Below the pieces are notes generated by a model. That model saw nothing but the letters and a program-made list of their open reading frames with translations, was not told where the DNA came from and ran no database searches. A DNA stretch of 64,000 nt from an uncultured delta proteobacterium. GTDB taxonomy: Bacteria; Desulfobacterota; Binatia; Binatales; Binataceae. Position 1 is the stretch's first letter. Every line of letters starts with the position of its first letter. Both the position numbers and the translations under genes were made by a program. The stretch covers positions 448,001 to 512,000 of the forward strand of contig CAWJET010000001.1 in assembly GCA_963842085.1 (NCBI GenBank). The letters are read 5' to 3'. Shown one piece after another: positions 31,312 through 43,598 of the stretch.

Positions 31312-31638
31312 TTGGACCTAAGCACGATCATCGCAGAATTGAAGAGTGAGAGAGATAAGATAGCCCGGACGATTGCTGCCCTAATCGGAAGCGCGGGTGT
31401 GGGTGGCAAAGGCGCCACTCGAAAAGCCGCGCCTAAGAGACGAGGCGGCATTACCCCGGCAGGGCGACGCCGATTGTCACTGGCGATGAAGAGACGCTGG
31501 GCGCAGCGGCGGGCAAAACATTTGTCTGTTAAGGCTGCCGCGCCAAAGAGACGTGGGCGACTCACACCCGCAGGCAGGAAGAGGCTGTCCCAAGCGATGA
31601 AAAAGCGCTGGGCGGAAAGGAAGGCAAAAGCTTCCTGA
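31312..31638 (+). CDS. Small highly basic protein with tandem repeat, putative nucleoid-associated
   Basis: AAGGAG + TTG start; helical N-terminus then 2x APKRRGxxTPAGRxRLSxAMKxRWA. Confidence 0.75.
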   Translation: MDLSTIIAELKSERDKIARTIAALIGSAGVGGKGATRKAAPKRRGGITPAGRRRLSLAMKRRWAQRRAKHLSVKAAAPKRRGRLTPAGRKRLSQAMKKRWAERKAKAS

Positions 31639-31981
31639 GCAGGCGCTCGTCAAGGTCCTTCCGAATCGCGTCAGGGGTTGTTTGCGAGAGTTTGTGGCAA
31701 CGTCAAGACCACCGGCACGCAACGGTTGTGGGCTGGTATCTCTTGATCCCGCCTGTCTTTAGCGCGATGGGAGACCATCCTCGCGCGTTCAACGATCTGA
31801 ACGCTTCACTTATGATCGTTGCACTCGCCCACGCCGCGCTCCGCGCGGTGCGCGAGCAGCAGCTCGAACCCCGGCATTGCAGAAGAGGCGGACGGGCGGC
31901 GGCGGTGATGCTGAAACCGAAACGCTGCTACGGCTGCAACATTCGGCCACTCGCTAGCTCGTCGAGCAACGCCTTGGCGTC

Positions 31982-32861
31982 TCATTCGCGGTTCTTTAGT
32001 TGCTGAATATCGCCGAGCCCGTACACCATCGCGGTCTTGGTGGCGCCAAGCTTGATCCATTCCGCGCAATCGAGCTGTACTCTTTTGTAGAACTGTTCGG
32101 AGAGCTCAAGGGACTCCTTGCTCACCTCGTCGATCCGATCGAACTTGCACTGAAAGGCAAACTCGCCCGACAGTGACTTTTCCAGCGCCCGGCTCCGCCA
32201 TATCGCGATGGTGGTCTTACCCTTGAAGTGGTGCCCGAAGTGGATCACGCCCATGGTATTTTGCACCTCCTCGACCGCTACGTTGTTGACCAGCGCCATT
32301 TTGGTTCTGGGCCGTATGTCTATCTGCTTCAGGGTCGGGAACGCGCGGGCGATGTCCTCGATACCGCGGTCGAGTTCAATGTTCGGCGATGTAAGCACGC
32401 AACCGTGAGAGTAGACGCTGCGCATTCCGCCGGTCGCGCTCGAGCAACAACTCCTCTTTGAACTTTATCTCATCGTGACCACCCAATTGCGGACGCACGT
32501 CAACGGCTGCGGCGTTCTTGAGCTCCGGGGTCCGGTATTTGAAGGCCAGCTCGTGGCCCGGACGAGGCCATCCCTGGTCGTAAAAAGTCCGCTTTCGCAG
32601 AATGAAGTGGTTGTTGTAGAGGTCAAACTCCGGGGTGTCATAGAAGAGCACCTCCCGAACCTGACTGTCGAATGCGTGCTCGTCGACGTCTACTTCAAGG
32701 CCGAGTTTCCTGAGAGTCTTGGACGCCGTCTCCCAAAATTCGAGAAAACCATTCTTGCTCGTAAATCGATCGGGCTGCAGCAGAATCTTGTATTCGCGGT
32801 AATGAACCACGTCGGCGGCGAGATGCTTGGTTTCGGGATGCTTGCTTATGTGCTTTTCCAT
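31982..32861 (-). pseudogene. CYTH-like phosphatase-fold protein split by a frameshift near 32430
   Basis: YREYKILL, FYDTPEFDL, ILRKR, FKYR in the first ORF; EFAF and ATKT in the second, overlapping ORF. Confidence 0.65.
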
Positions 32862-33047
32862 GGGTCAAATTGCACCACATTTCGAAGAACTTGGCAAAAA
32901 GCGAGGCAAGTATGTCTGCCGCTCATAAGTGACCTCGATGCGGAGAGCATTACGCTGTCATAGGTAAGGTCATTCTCCCTGAGCGTCACTCCGGCTGCCT
33001 CAATTTGCGGTGAGTGATGCGAACGTTCAGAATCGTTCCTCTCGTAA

Positions 33048-34166
<1,119 letters not shown>

Positions 34167-34226
34167 TTTTTCGGGCGGATACCCCTGACAATGCGCCCGC
34201 GCTTCGGGCGACCTGACTGTGAGAAG

Positions 34227-34411
34227 ATTCTCGCGACACCGAAAATTCGAGGTTCATGGCGGGCAGGGTGCCGAACTGAAAGCGAATTCATTCTCTGGAC
34301 GATGTTAGCTGGTCTCGACACGAAATTTCTCAAGCAATCGCGGAGGTTTTCCTTTGGACAGACTTCTCGCGACACCGGCGGTTCGAATCCACCCCGCTCC
34401 GCCAGGCAGTC
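34227..34411 (+). repeat. 185-bp element with internal direct repeat and tRNA-like 3' end; inverted copy at 56569-56751
   Basis: TTCTCGCGACACCG occurs twice; ends GGTTCGAATCCACCCCGCTCCGCCAGGCAGTC. Confidence 0.88.
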
Positions 34412-34454
34412 AGAGCAAAACGCGTTATCTCCGAAGGCGGACGTTGATTGCGGC

Positions 34455-34716
34455 GGACGGTCGCACAATATCGTTGACAGCCGAACGGCGTGGGGCTAAT
34501 CGTAAGCCGCTTAAGATAAACTAGGCCGGCGGCCGGGCGAGTATCCGACTCAGACGCGCGGTGGAGATGGAAGCGCGTTGATGAGGTCCTCGAACAGGTC
34601 GGCCTCGGGATGCCCCACGAGCGATAAACCCGGAGATCTGGCGGAGCAGTATTCCCGGTCCATCAGGTGAGAATTAATCGCGTCCGTGACAGGCGGCTGA
34701 GCAAGCACTTAAGTTG
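34455..34716 (+). repeat. Second copy of the ~255-bp leader found upstream of the carbonic anhydrase
   Basis: Reverse complement of 22050-22304 with a few substitutions and indels. Confidence 0.9.
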
Positions 34717-34854
34717 ACCCAGAGCTATTCGAGCTTGAACCCGAAGATATTCACCTGGAATGTAATGCGTGACGTGCGTTTTCCAAATTAGGACACTACC
34801 CTACGCCTTTGCCGAGCTTGCGACAACGGCATCCGGCCAGTTAGGGAGGATGAA

Positions 34855-34953
34855 TGCGCGACGCTCGCCGAAATCTACAACTGGGTCACCGAGGGCTTCG
34901 ACACCGCCGACCTGAAGGACGCCAAGGCGCTGCTCGACGAACTGAGCGGGTAG
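34855..34953 (+). pseudogene. Extreme C-terminal fragment of a cyclase-AAA-TPR protein
   Basis: LAEIYNWVTEGFDTADLKDAKALLDEL*. Confidence 0.8.
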
Positions 34954-34993
34954 CATCGCCGCTGCTGGAAGGACGACTCGTGGCAGTGAAAGA

Positions 34994-35566
34994 GTGAAGA
35001 AAGTGAAAATCGAAATCGTTCCTTACAATCCGGCATGGCCGGCGGAGTTCCACGAAATCGGAAAACAGATCAGAGGGGCGGTAGGAGACGCTGCATTGAC
35101 GATTCATCATATCGGCTCTACTGCGGTGCCGGGATTGATCGCTAAAGACGTCATCGATGTGCAGATGGGGGTCGCCGATTTTTCACCGCCATGGAAGACC
35201 CGTCTCGAGGCCATCGGATTTGAGGATGGTCAAGGCTTTCGGGATCACTGCCCGCCCGGAACGGAGCTTTCAGCGGAACAGTTGGAGAAGCGCTTCTTTA
35301 AAGTGAAGCGCCGTGCGGCCCACCTGCACATCCGCGTGCAGGGACGCTTCAACTATCGATACGCAATACTGTTCCGCGACTACTTGCGCGCACATTCGAT
35401 GGCCGCGAATGCCTATGGCGAAGTGAAGAAAAATCTGGCGCGCTACTTCGCTGGCGATATGGACGCTTACTACGCGATCAAAGATCCAGTCTGCGATTGC
35501 ATCATGTGCGGTGCGTTCGATTGGGCTCGCTCCACCGATTGGAAGCCTGGACCGTCCGATGCTTAG
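34994..35566 (+). CDS. GrpB (UPF0157) family protein
   Basis: YNPAWP, IHHIGSTAVPGLIAKDVID, LFRDYLR, YGEVK. Confidence 0.9.
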   Translation: MKKVKIEIVPYNPAWPAEFHEIGKQIRGAVGDAALTIHHIGSTAVPGLIAKDVIDVQMGVADFSPPWKTRLEAIGFEDGQGFRDHCPPGTELSAEQLEKRFFKVKRRAAHLHIRVQGRFNYRYAILFRDYLRAHSMAANAYGEVKKNLARYFAGDMDAYYAIKDPVCDCIMCGAFDWARSTDWKPGPSDA

Positions 35567-35724
35567 CGATCATACCTTATCGCCGCTGAGCCATAGAATG
35601 AACTCTTCCACGTAGGAGGCCGATGCCATGAATGTGCAGGACGTTTTTCGGAGGTTATGCGAGGTCATTTCGGACTCAATGCGAAAGTTGGGGATTCCTG
35701 GTGTGTGGGGCGGCCAAGCCACAA

Positions 35725-36459
35725 GCCGGTGTTTCGATTCAAAAGCTTTCTCTATCAGGCCGCAAGTTGGACGATAGCCCGGCGGGTGGTGGCGAAAGTC
35801 GAGTTCTTTTGGGGGGAGTTATTTCCCCGCGTCGGCTTCATCGTGACCAATCTGGGGACTTCAAGCCGGGCGGTGGTGCGCTTCTACAACAAGCGCGGGA
35901 CCGCGGAACAATGGATAAAGGAAAGCAAGCAGGCGGTCGCGCTGACGCGGCTTAGCTGCCACCGCTTTCGCGCCAACGAGGTGCGACTCTGGTTGAGCGT
36001 CATCGCCTATAACCTGGGAAACTTGTGGCGGCGGCTGGCGCTGCCAACGCGGGTGGCCACCTGGTCGCTGACCAGCTTGCAGCAGCGGTTGGTCAAGACC
36101 GGCGGCCGATTGATCAAACATGCCCGCTACTACTGGTTGCTGCTGGCGGAGAGTCATCTCACGCGGAGGCTGTTCGCGGGCATGCTGGCGAAGATCGCGA
36201 TGCTGCCATCGCCGGCGGGATAAAGTGAGCGCGAAGCGGAGCAAATTTCGATGACGACGCCGGGGATGCAGGGAGAAGTGTTACCAGAATCGATGGGGAA
36301 AACGGCGTCTTCAGCCGTCGAAAGCCCGCCCGACGCGAAACCGGTCACTTCTGCAATTACTAGGAACACTGAGGACCAAAATCGGCTAAAACCTTGCAGC
36401 GGAAAGCCCTTTGATCTATGGAACGAGTTGGAATTGGAAAGTCAAAAAGGAAATTCCCG
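35725..36459 (+). mobile_element. IS1380-family element, truncated (transposase C-terminus and right end)
   Basis: SFLYQAASW..RRVVAKVE, FYNKRGTAEQWIKE, FRANEVRL..AYNLGN. Confidence 0.88.
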
Positions 36460-36546
36460 TGCAAAGAACCAGATTGGCCGATATCCTGCCCGTCGCTGGC
36501 CGATTGGCGGTCCTCTGGGAAATCCAGCACAAGGAGACTGAGCAGG

Positions 36547-37422
36547 ATGTCCGACGCGGCGACGATCAACGCCGACATGCTTTCCTTCTGGAACGGGCAA
36601 GGTGGCCGCATCTGGGTGACGCGGCAGGCGCATACCGATTCCACCCTGGCGCCGGTGACGGATGCGCTGGTCAATTTCGCCGCGCCACGCGCCGGCGAGA
36701 TTGTGCTGGACGTCGGCTGTGGTTGCGGTGCGCCGACCTTGGAATTCGCGCGCAAGGTCGGCCCCTCGGGCCACGTGGTTGGGATGGATATTTCCGGGCC
36801 GATGCTGGCCGAAGGCGCGGCGCGTGCCAAGGCCGCCGGCATTGGCAATATCGATTGGCGGCAGGATGACCCCGCCACGGCGAAGCTCGAGGGGTTTGAC
36901 CTGCTCGTCTCGGCCTTTGGCGTGATGTTCTTTGGCGACATGGTGGGAGCCTTCACGAACATGCGGCGCGCCGCCAAGCCGGGCGCCCGCATAGCGTTGG
37001 TGTGCTGGCGGGGTCTGGCTGAGAACCCTTGGATGGAGGTGCCGATGAACGCGGTGGCGCAGCATTTGCCGCCGCGGCCGAAAGGGACTTCGAATACGCC
37101 TGGCATGTTTGCCTTTGCCAATCCCGAGTACGTATCCCAAGTTCTCACCGCTGCCGGTTGGGCGGCGCCGCGGTTCGAGACTCTCGACTTGCATTTGGAT
37201 ATCGCCGCCGGCCGTGGGCTGGAGGAGGCCGTGGTGCAGTCGACGCAGATAGGCGCGGTCAACAGCTGGCTGCGCAATCAGCCGGCCGAGATCCTCTCCG
37301 CTTCCACCCAATCCCTGCGCGAGGCTCTGGCGCCATACGCGGACGGCGCAAACGTTCGCCTGCCCGGCGCAATGTGGTTAATCGGCTCTAAACTCCATTT
37401 TCCGTTGCGTGAAATCGGATGA
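36547..37422 (+). CDS. Class I SAM-dependent methyltransferase
   Basis: FWNGQGG, VLDVGCGCG, MDISGPML, SAFGVMFF. Confidence 0.9.
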   Translation: MSDAATINADMLSFWNGQGGRIWVTRQAHTDSTLAPVTDALVNFAAPRAGEIVLDVGCGCGAPTLEFARKVGPSGHVVGMDISGPMLAEGAARAKAAGIGNIDWRQDDPATAKLEGFDLLVSAFGVMFFGDMVGAFTNMRRAAKPGARIALVCWRGLAENPWMEVPMNAVAQHLPPRPKGTSNTPGMFAFANPEYVSQVLTAAGWAAPRFETLDLHLDIAAGRGLEEAVVQSTQIGAVNSWLRNQPAEILSASTQSLREALAPYADGANVRLPGAMWLIGSKLHFPLREIG

Positions 37423-37451
37423 TTTTCATTCATACCTCCGCCGACACGTTC

Positions 37452-37710
37452 TTACCTGAGCATCGGCCATAAGGTGAGCGCGGTTTCACTAAAAAGCCAA
37501 CGGCGGTCCTCTTCCGACACGAACGACAGTTCGTTCAACGCCAGTTCGAGCTGCTCCTTTAGTCCGCGATCGAAGGTGGCGGGAAAGTTGGACCCCCACA
37601 TCATTCGCTTGGCGCCGAATCTGTCCAGCAAGCAGCGGAAGAAATCCTTCGCGGTGCTTTTTCCTTTGACGGCGGCGCAAAGGTTTTCAGTCGAGAACTT
37701 AAGATAAAAG
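37452..37710 (-). pseudogene. Amidohydrolase family C-terminal fragment
   Basis: FGAKRMMWGSNFP..EEDRRWLFSETALTLWP. Confidence 0.7.
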
Positions 37711-38211
37711 TTTGGGAAGCGGGCGAGTTGCAGTGTAGGCTCGGCGGCTTTATAAGGCGCGCCGTCGGCGGTGGGTGGAAATCCAACGTAATACGCCTGG
37801 TAGGCTTCCAGCTTGAGCTCGAGATCGCCCTGGCCCCAAAACAGTGTCCGGTCGAGAAACTCTCGCCGTATTGTCCCGATCAGTCGCTCAACGAAAGCAT
37901 GCGAGCGGGGCGTGCCGGGAACGGTCTTGATCTCGTCGACCTCGAGTACCCGAAGGCAGTAAGAAAGCGGCCTTCGAGAGCGGACGGCCCCCGAGGTCCG
38001 AAAATTAACCTCATCACACTTCGCCTGCCGTCACGTGACGATGCCACCGGATCACGGTCTCAGACTAGACCACGGTGATCGCATCCAGAATCGAGGCGAA
38101 CGGTCGGTACAGCCAAACGAAGCTCCTCAGGGTTGATGGATTTTTCAGTCGGCTGTGTTAAGGCTGATCGCGTAAGGTCAAACTTCTCTTCATGAAAAGG
38201 AGCGCACTGTT

Positions 38212-38652
38212 ATGGCGATCACGCTGAAAAAGATCACGCTTTGGCGCAAAGAGGTCGACGACAAGCCAGGAGCGCTCGCCGAAACGCTGGCGCTACTTGC
38301 ACAGGCCCGCACTGACCTGCAGACAGTGATGGGCTACGGATATCCGGGGGACCAGGGCAAAGCGGCCATCGAGCTGCATCCGGTGTCGGGCAAGAACGCT
38401 ATCGAGGCTGCCCGATCGGCGGGATTGGCGGCTTCGTCGATCCCGACCGTGCTCGTGCAGGGCGACAACAGACCCGGCCTAGGCCACACTATCGCCAAGG
38501 CGCTGGGAGACGCCGGTATCAACGTGGGCTTCGTGCTGGCTCAGGTGGTCGGCCGCAAGTATGCCGCCGTGTTTGGATTCGAGAACGATTCCGATGCGGC
38601 GAAGGCGATCACCCTCATCAGAAAGGCTACAGCCCCAGCCCGAAAGCGTTAA
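38212..38652 (+). CDS. Tandem ACT-domain protein
   Basis: DDKPGALAETL and DNRPGLGHTIAKALGDAGINV. Confidence 0.85.
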   Translation: MAITLKKITLWRKEVDDKPGALAETLALLAQARTDLQTVMGYGYPGDQGKAAIELHPVSGKNAIEAARSAGLAASSIPTVLVQGDNRPGLGHTIAKALGDAGINVGFVLAQVVGRKYAAVFGFENDSDAAKAITLIRKATAPARKR

Positions 38653-39398
38653 CCCGGCTCCGGTACGAGCGGCATGCCGCCCCAGCTGGGCGCTAGGTTC
38701 GGCGCTACACTTGGACTTTGTCGGTGGTCGCCCAATCTGAAGAAGGCCGTCGATTACACTGCCGAAGCTTGAACTAATCGCCCGTGGGCGGCGCGAAGGC
38801 TGGAGTGCTTGGGGCAATCAGGCCGCCGCATAGTCGGGCTGGTCAGCAAAGGGCCCCGCCAAGTCTATGTCGAGGGACGACTCCCATCGGCGGCACGCCT
38901 CCCATCCACACATTCCCTTGCGCTTGGAAGGCGCTATTTTGTCCCGAATACGATTCTTCCGAATCTGGTTGTGCCGGTTGACCGGATGTACGTGGGCATG
39001 TTTCTGTTTGCCTACCGGCCGGATGATTTCGAGCACGAGCCGAATAAGGCCGGTGAGTGCGAGCGAAAAACGTTTCGGGTCGCGTTTCAGTGCTTCTCGC
39101 GGATCGCGACTGGGATAAGACCAAACGCGGCTGACTATCAAAGGAGAAATGAGGTCCATACGAGCGTCACAAAGCTGATCGACAATGCGATTTTTGGGTT
39201 TGTCGAGCGCGCACGACTATCCACGGGCGGCGGGGCTTGGATAAACACGCAGTTAACGAACCCTGTCATTCCACGGATAGTAAATAACCACATAGCTGGA
39301 ACCTCCGGTGCCGCCGTTGCGGCACGCAGCATAGCCTGCGACGCCACCGCCGCCGCTGTAGTTCGGACCGCCGTCTGCGTCCTGTTCGGAGAGGAAGA

Positions 39399-39749
39399 TC
39401 AGCACGTCACGTGGAGAATGGCATTTGTTCCTCGGGGCTGGTCGGAGAGCGCCTCGATGGCTTCGTCGGTCGGCAAAATCAGCAGTTCGATTCCTCGGCG
39501 GCGGGCCTCGTGCTTGACCTCGCTCATCACCGGAAGCGACCCGTACTTTCCCGTGCCGACGACGAGCCGATGGCACTTCCACGGTACCGCTTCCTCGACC
39601 GAAACCGGGGTATGTCCGAATGCCCCTCGGAATTTTTTCGAGGGCTTCTTCCTGCGCTTGCGAATCCTGCCGCCGTCAATGACGACGTCATGTTCATAAG
39701 TGAGGCCATCGATCTCAATTCCACCGAACCGAAATTTGCCAAATTTCAA
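39399..39749 (-). CDS. Mth938-like (DUF498) protein
   Basis: FGGIEIDG..YEHDVVI, LVVGTG..G.L, PTDEAI, LHVTC. Confidence 0.85.
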   Translation of the reverse strand: MKFGKFRFGGIEIDGLTYEHDVVIDGGRIRKRRKKPSKKFRGAFGHTPVSVEEAVPWKCHRLVVGTGKYGSLPVMSEVKHEARRRGIELLILPTDEAIEALSDQPRGTNAILHVTC

Positions 39750-40039
39750 GGGCGGCGTTCTCCGTTCAGGTGGCTCCTATCCGCAAGGCGACAGTAGCGC
39801 TTCGCGAGGGACGCTGCCAGCATCCAAAGGCTGGGCGGGCTTGGCCCGCCTGCCCGAGGGCCGCCGAGGTTCGTGCGGAAAAGCGCAACCGGGTCTTACG
39901 GTCTTGATGGCCCGCGAAGCGTGGGGCGGTAAAATGGACCCGGCGGCGCAAGACGCTGACTGGGCATGAAACTGGATGCTTGAAGCACGGATTATGCGAG
40001 TCGCCAACATGCCATATTTTGATTCCAATAACGCATAGC

Positions 40040-40993
40040 GTGGCGGTGTTCCGTTACATTCGCGACGGTACGTATTTCCGGGCTTGGCCACAGGGATTCT
40101 CCTTCACGATCGGGGGCGTGACGTTCGAGCTGCAGGAGCCGGAGGTGAACCGCCAGTTGATTCAAGCGTGGCCCTTCGTTGCGTGGTGCGATGTCGAGGC
40201 GGCGGATATCGAACGCGCGCTGGTCATCGGGCATGAGCGCTGTGCGGTGGCCGCGGATGTCGCCGTGCTTATCTCCGGATACCGGATTGACCTTGGGATT
40301 GAGGGTGTGCGTCCTCAGGTGGGCGGCGCTGATTTGCCCGGAATCGTGCAGATTCCGGCCGCATTCCGCTTCCGGAGCGATCCGGCCACGGAAGGTGAAC
40401 AGCAAGCGATGCTTCGCCAGGCCGTGCTGCCGCACTTTCCGCTTGCTCAGGCGCCGCAGCCGACATCGGTACTTCATGCCATGCGGTGGTACGCTGAATC
40501 GGTGCGGGAGACAGACTCCATAGACAGATACGTGAAACTGTTCGTTACGTTAGATATGTTCGTTCCTCGGAGTCGGCGAGGATTCGCGGACCGTGGCGCG
40601 GACGTTCTCAGCCCGCAATTTCAATCAGTCAGACGGCGATACATCCGCAAATGCCTTTCCGACCTGGCGGATGTTCGTAATGATCTTTTTCACGAAGGAC
40701 TGGCGGACAGTCGATTGGCAGCAGCGACGCAAATTCTAGAGCGGATAGTTCGAGCGATGTTGCGTCGGCACATCGCTCTTGCAGACGAGTTCCCGGAGGT
40801 GGAGCTTTTCAGGCGCGTCGGAGGCTATGAAGTGAGGCGAGAGGGCGGCGTCTTCGGCTGGCTCAATCCATCTGGCGAGGTCAGCGTTGCGGGCGCTCAA
40901 AATCAACTGCGAGTAGGCGACCCTGACCGCAAAGACGGCAAGCACTATCTGTACGCTCGCGAAGTCGGCGCGGTCATTCGTATGGTGCCGTAA
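40040..40993 (+). CDS. HEPN-domain protein (ApeA/MauJ-like)
   Basis: AMRWY..DRYVKLFVTLD..VRNDLFH (RxxxxH); start uncertain (39980 or 40040). Confidence 0.68.
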   Translation: MAVFRYIRDGTYFRAWPQGFSFTIGGVTFELQEPEVNRQLIQAWPFVAWCDVEAADIERALVIGHERCAVAADVAVLISGYRIDLGIEGVRPQVGGADLPGIVQIPAAFRFRSDPATEGEQQAMLRQAVLPHFPLAQAPQPTSVLHAMRWYAESVRETDSIDRYVKLFVTLDMFVPRSRRGFADRGADVLSPQFQSVRRRYIRKCLSDLADVRNDLFHEGLADSRLAAATQILERIVRAMLRRHIALADEFPEVELFRRVGGYEVRREGGVFGWLNPSGEVSVAGAQNQLRVGDPDRKDGKHYLYAREVGAVIRMVP

Positions 40994-41014
40994 CCGCAAA
41001 GGCTGGCCGGCTCC

Positions 41015-41443
41015 GTGAAGCTGTCGGAAGTTCTCAGTGACCGTTACACGATCTGGTGGATGGTCGAAGGGCCACTGTTGCTGTTGGTCATCTACGCGGC
41101 TTTGCCTTCAGGCTTCCTGCGAAAGCTTTTCGATAGCGCGATAAGTTCTGTGCAAAGGCTTTTCGGTGGGCAGGAGGTGGCCGGCATCAGGTCTGTCTCA
41201 TCCCTCTCAGCGACTCTCTCAGTCACCCGAGGGGAAGTGTCCTGGGGCTATGTCGGGGCGTTCTACGGCGGGTTTTCGGCGGCCGTGTTTTCGATTCCGC
41301 TGTTCGTCGAGCCGGCAAAGCCCTATCGGATAATTTTGAGCGTCCTCAATCTGGCGGCCGCGCTTTATCTGTGTTTTTTCAACGGGTGGTTCAGAAATAA
41401 GGTCATCGGCCTGATCGGAGGGACGAGGAACAGGCCGGATTGA
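41015..41443 (+). CDS. Small membrane protein, about 3 TM helices
   Basis: Three hydrophobic segments; 21 bp downstream of the HEPN gene. Confidence 0.6.
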   Translation: MKLSEVLSDRYTIWWMVEGPLLLLVIYAALPSGFLRKLFDSAISSVQRLFGGQEVAGIRSVSSLSATLSVTRGEVSWGYVGAFYGGFSAAVFSIPLFVEPAKPYRIILSVLNLAAALYLCFFNGWFRNKVIGLIGGTRNRPD

Positions 41444-41620
41444 AGCGGGCCTCACTGCTCGAAGCAGTAGAGGCGGTCGGATACGTTGCATTTATCGCTG
41501 CTCGATGCGGTCCATGTGGAGGTGGTCGAGCTGGTCAGGCCATAATCGCCCTTGTCTCCGTTGCCGGAGTTTGTCCAGGCGGCGCAGTTGGCGGTGGTCG
41601 AAGAGCCGCTTTTGCAGCGC

Positions 41621-42007
41621 CTGGCTGCTGGAGCAAGATGAATTCGAACTGACGGTTCCGATTCTCGACAACCTGACGACAGCTGGTTGTTTGGTTCGGC
41701 AACACTTTGACGAGCCGGCGATGCTAGGCGTGACGAAAGGGCCCGCCGGCCGCTTGTCGAGCTGTTCCGAAACCATCACCGAGAGCTGTCGTCTGGAAGT
41801 TCCAGAACCGGTACCGGCAGTTCGAATTCACTCTGCTCAGCAAGCAGGCTGCAAACCCGCGGTCCCGTTCGAGGCAAATGCGTCGTGATGATGAGGTGCC
41901 CTGTCTCGCCGCCAAATGGGGGTCTGTGTCGACTCGAACAACCAGCTGTCGTCAAGTTGTCGAGAATCGGAACCGTCAGTTCGAATTCATCTTGCTCCAG
42001 CAGCCAG
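41621..42007. mobile_element. MITE-like 387-bp element with 71-bp terminal inverted repeats
   Basis: 41621-41691 vs 41937-42007, one mismatch by eye; a diverged third arm lies at ~41784-41848. Confidence 0.8.
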
Positions 42008-42816
42008 TCACCGCGAAAAGGAATATCCTTCCGTCCGCTGAAGGCTCAGACTGGTCGAAGCACGTCCCATAGCGGGCAGACGCGCTCTCTCTTTTGGCGA
42101 GTATCTGATGGTGCTGCCGATCATTGCGACCCGTATGCTGAGAGTTTCTTGGATAGATGACGCATGAACGCCATCACCGCGTTCCAAACTTCTTTCGCAT
42201 CCTCCGCGTGCAGCCTCCACCACACGTAGCCGGCTGCAAGAAGCGCCAGGCATAGATAGATGAGGCCGCGAGCGGCGCGGTGATACCAGTAGTCCAATCC
42301 GTGTACCTTTCCCGAACTCCCGACCGCAGGTCGTGCAGACTTTGCCCCAGGTCACGCGGAGCGGAGACTTGCAGTGTGAGCAGCGAGGGACAAAGGCTGC
42401 GCGAGTGAACGAGACTATTGTGCGGCGACGCCCGAACTTGCTCTTGTTCTGGAATTTATGTTCCACCGTGCGATGCTGCCTTGTCAGATGTTAGTGATGG
42501 TAGGCTGGGCGCGGGCCCAGCGAAAGTCGCCGGCCTCGTATAAGCGCTTGTGAGGTTTGGCTGATGCTCGACGACTCGAAGGTGCCAACTCCTGATGATC
42601 TCAGGCGTGCCCATGAGGTTTACGTCACGGAAGAACCACGTGATCTCTTCTATCGTTTATCGAGAGAGTTGAAGCGGCATTTGCAGGAGCGGGAAGATAT
42701 TCTCTCGCAGAATCTGCGAACATCTTCAGCTTGTCCGGCATCTTCGAGGCCAAGTCGTTGTATTGCGAGTAATCGTCGGCACCAGGCACAGGTCATCCCC
42801 TCTTCGAACGCCAACC

Positions 42817-43493
42817 TCAGTTGTGATTGTAGCCGCCCGCCTCGGTTTCGGTGAGTGGCCGTGAGAGCGGATGCTTTTCGAGAAGCGCAAGCGAACGGCG
42901 AATGTCTTCCAGTAGAAGGTCGCCGAGGTCACGGCTCACACCGTGGCGAACTAGGATCCGCTGGACTACGAGATCCTCGCGGTTCGGCGGCATCGAGTAG
43001 GCCGGAACCTGCCATCCGCGCGCTCGGAGCCGATCAGAAAGATCGTAAAGAGTGAAGCTGTACTCGATGCCCTCTTTGAGTTTCCAGCAAACCGCGGGAA
43101 GTCCGCCGTGCCCGTCGTGGATGACGCGGAATGGCCCCATCTTGTCGATCTCAGCCGCGATGCGTTGAGCGGTGTGGTAGCAGGCGTTCTGAACTTTCCG
43201 GTAGCCTTCGAACCCCAGCCGCAAAAAATTGTAGTACTGGCAGACGATTTGACCGGCCGGGCGCGAAAAGTTCAACGCGAAGGTCGGCATTTCGCCGCCC
43301 AGGTAGTTGACGTGGAAAATCAGATCTTCCGGCAGGTCCACGTGATCGCGCCACACCACCCATCCCACCCCAAGCGGAGCCAGGCCAAACTTGTGCCCCG
43401 AAGTATTGATTGATTTAACTCTCGGCAGGCGAAAATCCCACGCGAGGTCGGGCTCGCAAGGCGGAGCGAGAAACCCGCCACTGGCGGCATCGC
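42817..43493 (-). pseudogene. gadB: Glutamate decarboxylase, C-terminal half only
   Basis: [34 protein letters not shown] (PLP lysine), VNYLGG, GWQVPAY. Confidence 0.88.
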
Positions 43494-43598
43494 CGCCCCG
43501 ATTGCGCTTGTCCCTGCGTAGTAGTAGCAGGATAATGATACCGCTAGGGAAAGACGTTTTCCTCCGCCTATGACTGAGCGATTGCCGGAGGCTGAGCG

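Noticed and set aside
38809-39699. 296-aa plus-strand ORF
   Set aside because: No motifs, and it overlaps the Mth938-like gene on the opposite strand
42008-42466. Zinc-ribbon-like ORF (CSHC..CTTC)
   Set aside because: Weak start and low-complexity remainder; not enough support to call
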